This document shows positions 49,473 through 61,905 of a stretch of DNA of 64,000 nt, piece by piece (within the stretch, counting starts at the first letter, position 1; each line of letters begins with the position of its first letter). This stretch comes from Ophelia neglecta (lineage: Eukaryota). Made by a program: the position numbers and the translations under genes. The notes beneath the pieces were generated by a model. It was not told where the DNA came from. It saw nothing but the letters and a program-made list of their open reading frames with translations, and made no database searches. The stretch lies in contig OZ260666.1 of NCBI GenBank assembly GCA_965285935.1, positions 70,184,001 through 70,248,000 of the forward strand, in the 5' to 3' direction.

Positions 49473-52400
49473 ATCCGCGTTTGCATTAAAAATATACTGT
49501 TCATATATATTCCAACAGCTCCACTGAAACGCAGCGACGCTGATTAGCGGTAGCCACCGTACACCATAGGTCACATGTGCACGGTCACAATTTGGTTGCA
49601 CACTTTAGAGTGGGCCTTGTTCGTACATCATCGGGTCAAACACAGTTTTATGCATGTGTGCTGATCTTACAGTGCCTGTTACAAAGGAACGATACGGTTT
49701 TTAATTGATTGATGTGCATTCACCGTATCACAACTATCTAGTCTGTCCCAAGTTACTTCCGTTTTATATGTTTACTGCATTGTGCGGCTTATACTCAACA
49801 GCGCTGCTGTGGGACCGTGCCGCTGTGATGTACAAATGCGAGAAACTTGAATTGTAGCAATGCTGATGCTACTATATAGGTCCAATCCTTATTGCATAAA
49901 AATGGATTATCTGAGAAACAAGGTGTTAATTGACAATGAACCCCGGGACCATATCATCTATACGACCATATGATTTGTTGTTGTTATTTCAAAATAACTC
50001 TTTTTTCCAAATTAAGTAGTAAAATACAGCGCTATGTTTCCACTGCATCACAAATCAGCCACTAATATCAAGCAAATTGGCAATCATAGTCCACTAAAAG
50101 ACCCACCTCAAGCACTGGCAACCCGTATTTCTACATTGTTGGGTTTTAATCGTAGAACTTTGTCACCACACAAAGAGACATAAAGCATAAAGCCTCGAAG
50201 ATAAAATATATTTTAATGGTTATTGCGCCCCAGGGTTGAATCCAGAGTACGCGCCCCTATTTCCTTCGTTTTTAGAGATCTTGTGACTATATGCACGCAG
50301 CATACTCTCTTATTCCTCGCCTCCGCGCAGATGTTTGACCCAGAATGCCAAGCGCAGTTTGCGATCTGTCAACTTTATCTTCTGCCTATTGCTCTAGCAT
50401 GGCGAGTAATTAATTAAATTATATACTTGTAAACAGTTCGGTCTCACAGTGTGAGACGCCGGATATATATGCTCTGCTTATTTCGAATAATGTCATGATA
50501 TCCTAGCTTATCAATAGCTTCATAGGAGGAAGGATATATAAAGCAACAAAACATGTGTTCCGCCATTATATATATTTACGAAACAGAATCAGTTGAAAAG
50601 ATCGAAAGCTTTTGGAAGGCAATCAGAGTTGATTGCTTATGTAAACATAGATATATACAAATATTGGAATTCCTTCAAACATATATTCCTTATAATATAA
50701 TTCCGATGCCTTGTTATTGTTACAATGAAGTAGTAAACACAGTTACAAAGTATGCATGATTATAAATTAGGGATAGCGTTGGTACGTAAATTTACTAAGG
50801 TGTGTTCTTGTCATCTGTATTTCAAAAAACTTAAGCATGCCCGAACATAGGATATCGAATTAATCGATTTGTCACCCACTGGTTGAGCAAATACGCCGGA
50901 AGGGACTCGGGTTTCTTTTAACGCTGGTTCTACAAGATTTTGACACCTGCGCTAACCCTTCTGTGCCTTTCTTTTGGCCTCAGGCTTAAATTTGTTGAAT
51001 AAAACCCTTACAGTAAAAACACACACATTCACATTGTTCTCATCATATTGATCGACAAACCAATTAATGATTGCGCCCGTTAAATTCTGGTCATGCCTTT
51101 ACCCCCAATACATATTATACCCGGCCAAATTTCTTGCGTTGTACCTAAAGTATGTATGCAATTTTCTATTTCATCACATTATTAAATGTAAAAATTTATC
51201 AATATACTTTTCAGGCGCTGCATATGTTGACTTTGTGCAATTACGAAAAATAAAAATACGCATAAATTACCCGTGAAAGAGATGACCTAAGACAAATTAG
51301 TTTTCCCATCTGAAATCCTTTCAAAGCCTTTATTGTAATTAATGCAATTAATTGCTGAACCGTATTTAATTCATGGATATTTCATGCCATTTTTTGTGAC
51401 TATTTAAAAACAGGGAAGCTTTTGCCTATCTTTGAAGTAGTGCTTTTTCCACTTTAATCCCGACGCGACATATAATGAACCGTCTGCCATAGTTTACCAG
51501 AAATAGCATTTCACACTCTGGATAAAACGGCATCAGGTCTGCTATTATATTGTGGACATTCAGGTTTGATAGTGATAAAAGACATGCTCACCAAATACGT
51601 CTTTATCATTGCACCAAAAATATTCACAGGAATGTATCCCCAAGACACCAACAGATATTTTATTGCTTAACTTTTCAAAACGTTTAAAGCTGAAGGTTAA
51701 GGTCCCAGACTGTCGAAAGTGTACACTGTTGTTGATCACTTCAGAAGTGCAAGAGAATATTGATGGATTTCAATGACAGTAAAACCTGAATGTTACATTA
51801 CACAGTCGCTTTATGGGTACTTGGTGCCTATACAGGTTTAACAGATGCATCAATATATATAACAATATAACATCTCGTCTGATGAAAATCATCCTGAATT
51901 CTTCCGAGCTGTTAACATCTATTAGGGGGAAAGTGCTGTACCAGTCATTCCTGTGAGGTGGCACGCAGATGACCTTGCTTAAGTTGTTAATGACGCAGAG
52001 GACGTGTGTCAGACTTTATCGGTTTACGCACCTGCACAGCTTTATCGTCCAAACATCCGTGATTTTATACCCGGTTTGGCTTGGCTTCAGGACGAATCCA
52101 ATCATTCCAATCAACTTTAACATTATTTCATTGGATTGAATGTGCACTGAATCCTCGTATTATTGGTCATTGTTTTTCCGCACCTGCTTTTAATTGCAAC
52201 TTGTTCTCACGCTTAAAAAGCTAATATCATTTTATTCCCCTTTGAGAAGATAAACATAGCTTCATCTTTAGGCTTCAATGACCTTTATCATCCTTCGTTA
52301 GTAATGCCAAGTTGTATAATAATGATCTTTAATATCGTGCATGAAAAGTAATACCAGTAGGTTAAGGTAAATGATCCATTATTACAATTATCCAAATAAA

Positions 52401-52514
52401 TTGTGTAGAAACAACCATTCAATATCCACTACGTGTGTTCGTCTTTTTAAACACCTGAAAACATCAGAATTAACTATAATATTTCATGATGCGATAGACA
52501 TATACTACATAGTA

Positions 52515-52693
52515 CAGTAACACCTGCTTTAAAGACCACCTCTATATTCAGACCACCTCTATATTCAGACCACTTATTTGAAGACCATACTGCATACGTT
52601 CAATGTAAAAATAACCTGTCTTAACAGACCACTTCCATAACTAGACCAGTGTTTTCCTGTCCCTTGGGTGGTCTCAATTCACAGGTTTCACTG
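52515..52693. mobile_element. MITE family 1, copy 3
   Basis: TA|cagtaacacctgctttaaagaccacc ... ggtggtctcaattcacaggtttcactg|TA; the internal ctctatattcagaccac is present twice in tandem. Confidence 0.93.
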
Positions 52694-54735
52694 TAGTTTA
52701 AACCAAGTAATTTTTCGCATTTTCACAGGGAAGGTTTTCCAACTAGTTAACAATTGGTCGATAGATAACCCCAACACCGATACTACAGATGCCAGAAGAA
52801 TTCTGACCTTCTTGGAAATATCCTGTCATTGCACTAGAAAACGCAGGATAATTAAACATATTGAGCGTCTGTGAGCGACCAAACAATCTACCCATAAAAC
52901 ACCATCAAGCTCACAGACAATCAGTCTACATTATGGCAAACAATGCAATGATAAAAGCCTGGAATATGCAGCCACGTGGGGGTATTCGCATAAACGGCGT
53001 CATTAATATGCTGCTTGCGGTTAAAACATACTTATGAATAATGGAAATTGGCAAAACCTCTAGTAGGGATGTGATGACAAACACCGATGAGAGGGGCATA
53101 CGTTGAAGTAATTGCCTGGTTGTACTTTGTTAATTTCCATCAAACAGTAAGGGAATAAATGATCACTTTCCAACATCATGTGGCAGTCACATCTATCAAA
53201 TGACTCCTCTTAATTACCAAGAGACATTGCCACATGCATAACAAACACGTATTACCGCTACCAAGTTGGAGAAATAACTTTTCTTATTGGTATGTTGGTA
53301 GACACCTTACATGACACTCAAAAAGTGTTCATACTTTGACCAAGGCAAGGAACGCTGTTGACAAAAATTAATACTACCGCATAAGATAATGTACTGAGAC
53401 AAAAATCACCATAAAAAATCTCCTACATTTATTTGATGGCAAGCAAGGGAAATACATAAGTGATCACTCGATTAGTGTTTTCAGGATGATAGACAGCCCA
53501 TCAAGCAAACCAGTCAAAGACAAGGCAGGAAAGGATTAATTAAATCCACTTAAAGACAAAACAAGAATATCAACGAAAATGATAGCATAGCGGCTTAAGG
53601 TAAACACGGAAAAATATAAACTCACAAAAGAGGAAGTGATGGGCAGAAAATCGTGAAAAAAATGACATACAACTGAATTTGCGCCAACATGGTACAATGA
53701 ACAAATCACAGCCATTGGTGCCTTTTTTGAATAAGAACCGTTGAGTTCCATCCATATGATTCAAAGCTAATATAATAGCGTGTCATTAAACTCGATATTA
53801 CATAAAACCTTCCCGAGTTGGTACAGTTCCAAGGATGTCTCCTTTATTAAACTATATTTTTTCTCTTTTTAATAACTAGAACCTAACAATGCATTAAATA
53901 TTAACAGGGACTCCTGTTAAGACCAGCCTATAGCCCTGGTCAGTATTTCAATATAGCCTAAGTGCCCACTTGTCGCACAATAACTGCCCTGCTTAACTAA
54001 TTTGGCACTCTGCCGCCAGATCGGAAATAGTCTGTCATTTAGATAGTGGTCCGAGGCGATTATTAAAGTATCAGATCCAGTCAAGTGCACTTAGCGACGG
54101 TGATTGACGATTCAACGGAAACGGACTGTGACACTGGTGAAAACAGCAGGAGGAAACAGGGCGAGCATTGTTTACTCACCTGGAAAATGGCCTTGAAATT
54201 AAACTTGAATGTTTGTCTAGTTGGTAAGATATTAAATCAGGCCGGGAACGGGAATCAATTGGACGCAATATAAGGACACAGTCAATACTGAGTTGCCTGT
54301 GATCAAAATTATTCTGGCTGCTTTGATACCGTGGATGGTGTGGTCAACCCAATACAATGCTCATGGGAATAAATCTAAGTATAAGTCGGATTAAGCATGT
54401 AACTTTGAGCTTGAAGTGCTTAACCAACTTAATCCCTATTGCATAAACCACACGTGAATGTTTTCAATTGATAAGTACAGAAAATATTTTGATAAGGAAA
54501 TTAACTATTAGTATATGTCAGTTTCATTGGCATCATTCATGACATTCCGCAATGAAGGTTTCCTTTTCTGAATTACAGGTGGATAAAAATTGGCATCAAT
54601 AACTGCATTTTATAAAAGGGGAATACATTCAGACAAAAATTTGCCATTGATATCCAGTAAATGTTTTTAAATTTTTGTTTACAAATATTTTTACTGATTT
54701 GGAGCTGGCGTTTGATGTATTCGTGGGTTAGGACC

Positions 54736-54821
54736 TGTGGCTGCTAATTCCTAGGGATCTCGGACGGATTTAATGGACTTTTCAGATTGATGTTTTGGCT
54801 TTGTCTGCCGGGTATCCACTC
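54736..54821 (-). repeat. Old interspersed repeat, family A, copy (inverted)
   Basis: The reverse complement aligns to 7425-7515. Confidence 0.8.
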
Positions 54822-57443
54822 CCTTGTGTGTGTAAACATATTGAGTTTGGTTCCAGGCAGCAATGAGTAGTTGTGTTGTTAATTCAACAAGAGATATCTT
54901 CCTACTCTGAGGCCATAAACTATATTCCAGGTCAAATATCGACTTGCCCATATTTCCCGTCAAACATAATCCCCTAAGACAGTTTTATTACCAACATAAA
55001 TTCCCTAAGAAAGCTGAACTTGTCTTCCATATATCCTCTAATTTAGTGGATATAAAGAATACGGTATGAATGTCATAAACGATGCATTGCGTCAGACACT
55101 TGACCTCTACGTAGAAATGACCATTCAGATCTGATACATATCCTAAAAGATCCGACATAGTGGAACTAACATCACGTTACTCACATTAGTGAGAAATCGG
55201 ACCGCACTATTTTCTTCTGTACAAAACAGTGTTGGACCACTCGAGTGAAAACATAGTTCAAAACTGGCGCACTGATTAATTAGGTGAACATAACCTCAAT
55301 CCCATACACTTCAACCTTCACACGAATATCTTGTATTGTTGCGTCTGTACTTCGGATTAAGCCATTTTATAAAGTATTGCTTATTCAAAAAGGCCATGCA
55401 TTCAGCTTTGAGGTCCAATTTTACGAATTAATTCAGTATAGAAAGTAAATTTTCCATATTTTCAGTTTACTGCTGTAGGTCAAATTCACCAACATCTTGA
55501 AGGTAATGTTGCAAATGCATTATTTCGGATTAAGTTTATATAGTATTATTATCTAATAACCATTTAGTCAGCAATAAGCAAAATTGTGACGAAATGTTTC
55601 AGCCTATGCATGAAGCTTTCTAAAAACTTTTAATTCACTGTTGTATTTTTCTTTTGTATTACATCTTTCTCTGTAGTTTAAACCAAGAACGTTTCGCAAA
55701 CTGGAAAATTTCGTTCAACATATATCAATTTTATTTTTGACTTGACATTTCCTCGCTGAGTAAAGCTAGAGTGAGTTTCTCTCGAATGTATAGTTCTATA
55801 CCATATGAAGGGACAGCACAAATGAATATTTTGTTTTGTGAGAAATCTGCGATTATAGCATAGATTTCTTGATCGCGAAAATGTCCTTTATTACAGCACA
55901 ACATTTAGTCTCATTGATTTTTAGACTCCTTAAAATACTTAGTTGTAGGCAGGAGTTGTAAAAGACAAATACACATTACTCAACCCAAATACATGATCGT
56001 AAATTCCATTGACTTTTAACTGGCGAACGACCCAATTAATTTTGCTGACGACGAGGCCCCTAGGAACAATCTTTTTCGTGCCATCTTGGTTTAAGTCCCG
56101 AAAAACTGTGTTGGCGAGGATTCCCAAGGATGCAATTTATCTTGGCAAGTATCACTGACAGTAATGAGAGTGTATAGCAAGCAGGATAAAATACGGCACC
56201 TCCTATCTATGGAGGAACTGCTGTGCGATCTATGAGAGATTCTATACAATAGAAGTTTTGCCTATGGATTTCAAGTTTTTCAATGGTTTTATTCTTCCTA
56301 TGACTGGGGCGATCTGCCAGTTCCTAAATAACTTTTTGTAGCCATAAAAAGCTTAAAGTCACCTTAGGTCATCTTTTTGACACAGCGCCTATCAAGTAAT
56401 TGAAAGGATATTAAAGATAATGCTGAGCAAATACTAATGGTCTCAGTAGGCCACAATTAGCATAGACTATACTAGACGCGTTTGTTCAGTATGCAGTGTC
56501 TGACGCAATACAAGAGCTTTAGGTTGAAAGTTGGATGTTTTATGATATCTACTTCATTGTTTATTGCAAAAAAAAATGATCATATGTGAAGGCACTGTGA
56601 AAATAAATTATTTTATTTATCGTATGAATTCAGCTGACGGATCCTGGTGTGTCAGTCAGAATCAGTATAATGGTTTTAACAATATTTATTCTTATCGCAC
56701 AAAACAAACGGTTTTTGAGTTAGGCCATCAACGTATTAATGTATAAAAGCTGGTACACATATCTTCACTACACCACATTATAACTGTGTATGGTTGTATT
56801 TGCCCAAATCAGCATAGAAAGATAACCTTTCTCTCCGGCTTTCCATCTTACTGACGCGCATATCCTATAGTGGAATTAGTGCATTAGTGCTGACAAGTCA
56901 ACGGCATAACAGTTTACTCAGCGAACGAATAAATATTTTCGTTTGATTATGCTATCTAGGAGAAGCTTTTCCAATGGTGTAGGTAGCACTCTGCCTTGGT
57001 GTTTTTAAAGTTCAATGTTCTCTACATGTGGCCATGAGAAAACTCTGCATGATCAGCCATTTTGGTAAGGTGTCAAATGTATGACGATTCCCATAGACCA
57101 GGTTGCCTGAAGCTGTGCACTTCATAGGACGAGTGTTTAGTCACATAATCAAAAGATGCCATTTAAGTCAGTTTGACTTATGCATGTTGTGTGTCGTGGC
57201 TATTTAATCATTAAGATACAACTTAAAACTGTTATGTTGCGACAATTCTAACAAGGAAAACCACATTAAATTGGTGAAACACAAATCTGCTTATATGAAA
57301 TTGTATTAGATTCGGCTGTCAAACCTGAAACTATTGAATACAATGAACTATAATGGAATGCTGTCACATGCACTCCGAACACAAGAAGCTAAACTGAAAT
57401 CACCAAATATGTTGTGTGCTTCATTCAACAGCGCAACCCAATG

Positions 57444-57484
57444 CCCTACCCCCCCCCCCCACACCCACACACCGCCCCCCCCCC
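57444..57484. repeat. Poly-C/(CA) low-complexity tract
   Basis: Read directly. Confidence 0.85.
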
Positions 57485-59050
57485 TATTTCGTACAAACGA
57501 AACATTCACTACAGCCTGCTCAGAGACATGGGTGGTGAGATGAGAGTGCAATTTCCGGTGATAAATAAATGGCCAGCGACTTTTGTTAAATCGATCGATT
57601 TGCTCACTGATTGACCAGCCGGTCTAATGCATGGTAGGGTATAATTATCACTCAGTTTCTGGCCAAGGCTGTGTTCGATTCTCCCCTCGACAAGAATATT
57701 TATAGCAGCACATTAACAATTAAGTTGTTATGTGCTTTGGTGACCAATCGTTTGCATCAAAACACCAATAAGAATTCCATGCAGTAACATGCACCTTTAT
57801 AGACACTTGTACGAGGCACACTGTATCAAAGCAACTGCTGTATTAGTCATATACATTAGACTGCCTGCAGGATACCACAACAATGGAATGCGCAAAAATA
57901 AACATTTTAATATCTGACATCAAATGGTAGTTGGCCTTATATGCAGTTTTTTCAAGCACACTACAGCCTTAGCAATGATTGTAAAGTCAAAAGCAAAAGT
58001 TGCTCATGCATACAAAATCTCGGATCATTTGTTGTCAACATCTCCGATTGTGCGTCAAAGAGCGAGCGGTGGCTGTTGCAAAAACAGAACAAGTACTAAT
58101 TCTGTTTATATAGCCTTTCTATAATATTTGCATAGCAAGATACAATTTGATGACCCCAACACCTGATGTTGGATAATTCTGGTCCTAAACAAACTTTGTT
58201 TGGCTTCTTCATGTTCTCACTAATCTTGAATGTGTTGGAGAATATAACCTCTCAGATTACACAACGACAGATTGCTGCAATTCATGATCTAACTGAATTT
58301 GGATCAGCAGCTACAGGCACAAATACATCAATCCCTAGCTCCCAAACAGTAAATTACCTTGTAATGCAAAAGAAAAATTTATATCATATCTGTTGGGCTA
58401 AAACACTGGTTAAAACCATCGAAACAATTCAATTCAACGAACAACGGAACAACTAAGCCAATAGAGACTTGTTTTATATAGGGATGTAATCAATAACAAT
58501 TATATTTCCCTGAACCTTAAACACGGGAATGGAGACCCGCAAGAAAACCAAATCAAGTATTAACTGAAAAGGAACCACCAGGTACAGGCCCACACACATC
58601 AATAAATCATTCTCAAACTCGCAGACAGTAAATGAACTTGTAATGCAATAATCATAATGAAAGCATAATCAAATCAAAATCATATTACAAGTATACAATA
58701 TAACCAAATGACAAGTATACTTCGAGGGTGACTTATCAGCGAGGTCCAATTGTTTAAAACAATTAAGACATACTGCCAGACTTTAACTGAAGACATTAAC
58801 TGGCGGTATCCACCAATTACGTAAACCAAATAAAACGACAATGAACTGGAATTTAAATACTCGTCACTGGTCAATGAGTTGTTGTATCATGGAGCTCGAC
58901 ATTGTTGAATATTTGCTAAACAAGTGTTGAACTAACTTTTGTTAAGACAAGAAGCTGTTCAAATGAAAAAAGCTTGGGTAATTCTTAATAATAAGCATTG
59001 CATCATATTACAGACGGGACTGGACTATCAGTGGTCTGTAGACACAGCCA

Positions 59051-59228
59051 CAGTTAAACCTCCCTTTAAGACCAGCTCTACACTCAGACCACCTGTCAAT
59101 TCAGACCACTTATATGAAGACCATAATACACCCTTTCAATGTAAAATAACCTGTGTAAACAGACCACCTCTGTAATCTGACCAGTATATGCCAGTCCCTT
59201 GGGTGGTCTTAATTCACAGATTTCACTG
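59051..59228. mobile_element. MITE family 1, copy 4 (more diverged)
   Basis: CA|cagttaaacctccctttaagaccagc ... ggtggtcttaattcacagatttcactg|TA; the left TA is mutated. Confidence 0.9.
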
Positions 59229-59458
59229 TAGATAATAAGAGAAGACAATTTCCTATTTTGGTATGATACACAATCCAGGTAAATAAGCCCATATGGCGAT
59301 TAGGGGTGAGAAACAGCAGGCAGCTGTTTCTTACGTGATTATTACAAAAATAGCAGGGTTTTTTTCGAAACAACACGCTTGTTAATCACTGCATACCTCG
59401 TCGAGTTTGCCAAGGAGAAACAAGGAAAAGATGTGAAAATAGTCGATTAATGTGTAAA

Positions 59459-59646
59459 CAGTGTCACTTACCGAATACCCGGCGGTCCGTCACGGACTGG
59501 TCTTTACCCTCGGCTTGTAGAGAGTACACATTCCTGCCTACCGCAAACACCCCACACTTGTTCACTCCGAACACGTGCTCTTGCCGGCTGGAGATAAGGA
59601 GGGTCGATAATTCAGCTGAAGAGTACTGCTGTCGGTCGAGCCTAAG
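59459..59646 (-). repeat. Family E, copy 2: exon-like 170-bp segment (59641-59472)
   Basis: Minus strand tttatcttag|GCTCGACC...GTATTCG|gtaagt, with one frame open throughout; homologous to 38997-39200. Confidence 0.7.
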
Positions 59647-61752
59647 ATAAAGTATTGTCGTAGGTATTCAATCTCAATAGACTTTTTTTAATTCCCTTGC
59701 GTGGTGAAAATAGGCGTTGTTCCTTGAGCAAATAGGTAAACATGTTCATTGCGGCCATGGCGGTCTTATACAAGTTAATGCGGTGCAGTTAGGTGGACTC
59801 CAAACAATGAGTGTAGTGCGTACTTAATGTATTGGTTCTTACAATAACAGCAAGCATTGAGCCCCCAATTCAACTTCCGTTCTAACTGGTACAATCCGTC
59901 ATGAAAGCTAATACCAAGACATGCAGCAGACAACTGAACCAGCGCTACGATGGAATACAGAACAATGCTAGAAAGCATTCCTATGTAAATGTGATATGCC
60001 TAACTGTGTCAGCCATACAAATAATCCAATTACGGTGTATTCCAGATGAAGTAAGGTTCCTCAGTCACGTTCTAAGCGCATCATGGAGTCAGCGCGCTCG
60101 TGGTGTCTTCAACCAACAAAGAGCGACAAGCGCGTTTCAAGATCCCCGCCAGAGACGCAAATAGTAAAAAAGCAGGTTTGTTTTAGACAATTATGCCATG
60201 CATGAGAAGCTTTGTCATATTATATCTATCCCTAGCGCTGCCAATTGCTGGCCGACATAATTGGCCCATTACAAAATCAATCTGTGGAAACGTCTGATGG
60301 CCGCCCACGGTAGGCCCAGAAGAGATCGCAGAGTTAAGCTATGTGGCATTGGTTCTGACATGCATTAAAGAATTCCCAACTCAGTTTATAAAAACAATGG
60401 GAGAGGATACGCATCAGACAGAACAAATTAAGCGACATAGTTGCCCTCAGTGGGAAAAAGCACAGTGGGAGAACAATTGGATTCAATTTAATGAATAAAA
60501 GAAAATGTAATATTTTATTCGAATCGTTTAGCGGCATATTGCAAATCAACATTTGAACAAATGGAGTTTGGGACCAACTCTCTATCACTTATATGGTGTG
60601 TAACTTATTGGACTTTTCCTGTGTTAATTATACGCTCTAAGCTAGATATTGAAACTTCGATAGCTATGCTTATGTTTCACGTCCAGCGTAGGGATTGCAT
60701 CATTTGGTCTGTAAAAAGTAAATATCTGAAATGTGCAAACATAAAACACCTTTGGGAGCAGCCAATTAGCTGGTGTAAATGTTTTAAAAGTCCCCTGAGT
60801 TGAAGTTTACCTGACTACGTTAACTTACTCTAAACCAAACCCAGAAGTCCCCCAGTCTTGAAATCTTAGTAGTTTAAGTCAGGCGGTCTAGAAATTCTAG
60901 TATATTTGGTATCCCGACGTTCAAGCGCCAACAGACAAACAGTGGTTCTTTTACAAATTGTAAGCAAATTGTTAGCGTAACACGCACGGCCCTCACCTAA
61001 CCAATATATTTAGCATTTCAGTGCTCACTTGTAATGCGCCATTTCCAAAAGGACAAATTGTAAAGATTGTAACATTAAGAACGACATATCACTACATTTT
61101 AGTTTGGAATCTAAATCCGCGCTGTCAATCCACCACACCACTACAATATTCATTCCATCCCGTAAAAACCAAGGACAAAATTGGATTGTCAGATTATATG
61201 ACTCTTGTATTCTTTACACTGATAGAAATGCTCCACATCAACCACAACATTGAGTTTCATAGAAGATGACATAATGTTTATATTATCCTTTTGCGGATCA
61301 CCTTCATCGCATGTCAGTACGAAAGCATGGTCATCGGTTGTCTTTAATCGTTTAGCGCCAGTCCTTATCGCAGCTGTTACATTGCAGAGTAAAATGCGCT
61401 TGCTTATTCGTCTATAATTCAGTTTGTGTTGTGCCGTTGTGCGAGATATATGGCATTTGTGACCAGTAATACTCGAAATAGTCTGTATTAGCTTGTAGTG
61501 AAGTTAATGAGAACAAATATTATAAGCATCTCAAAAACTATTTGATTGTCAGAAAGGGCTATCTGATTGTTACAAGAATTTAAACTAACATTCTAAGCTC
61601 CTTGATGACCAATAAGCATTCAAGAGGATATCACGTGGTTGTGTGCCATAAATACACTATGTTGTTCCAGGAAAGCGAAAAACCAAGAATAACAGTTTAG
61701 GCTTAAACAACTTCAAGATGACTTTCACATCAGGTGGTATGATACACATATA

Positions 61753-61905
61753 CAGTGATGTAGGGCCACCCCTATATCCAAGGAAAAGTGGCTCTACATT
61801 GAAGGTGGCCCTTCGTCAGAGGTATTTTAGCATGGCAAATACAGGACATGGGAAATCGCAAACTTTCCTGCTATCGCAAGTGGCCGTTCATCGGAGGGAC
61901 CACTG
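61753..61905. mobile_element. MITE family 2 (CAGTG...CACTG ends, TA-flanked), left TIR partly deleted
   Basis: TA|cagtgatgtagggccac ... gtggccgttcatcggagggaccactg|TA; the reverse complement of the right TIR, cagtggtccctccgatgaacggccac, matches the left end after a 9-bp deletion. Confidence 0.75.

Noticed and set aside
57615-57690. Second tRNA/SINE head (GTTCGATTC B box)
   Set aside because: The A box is poor and there is no cloverleaf or second copy in the window.
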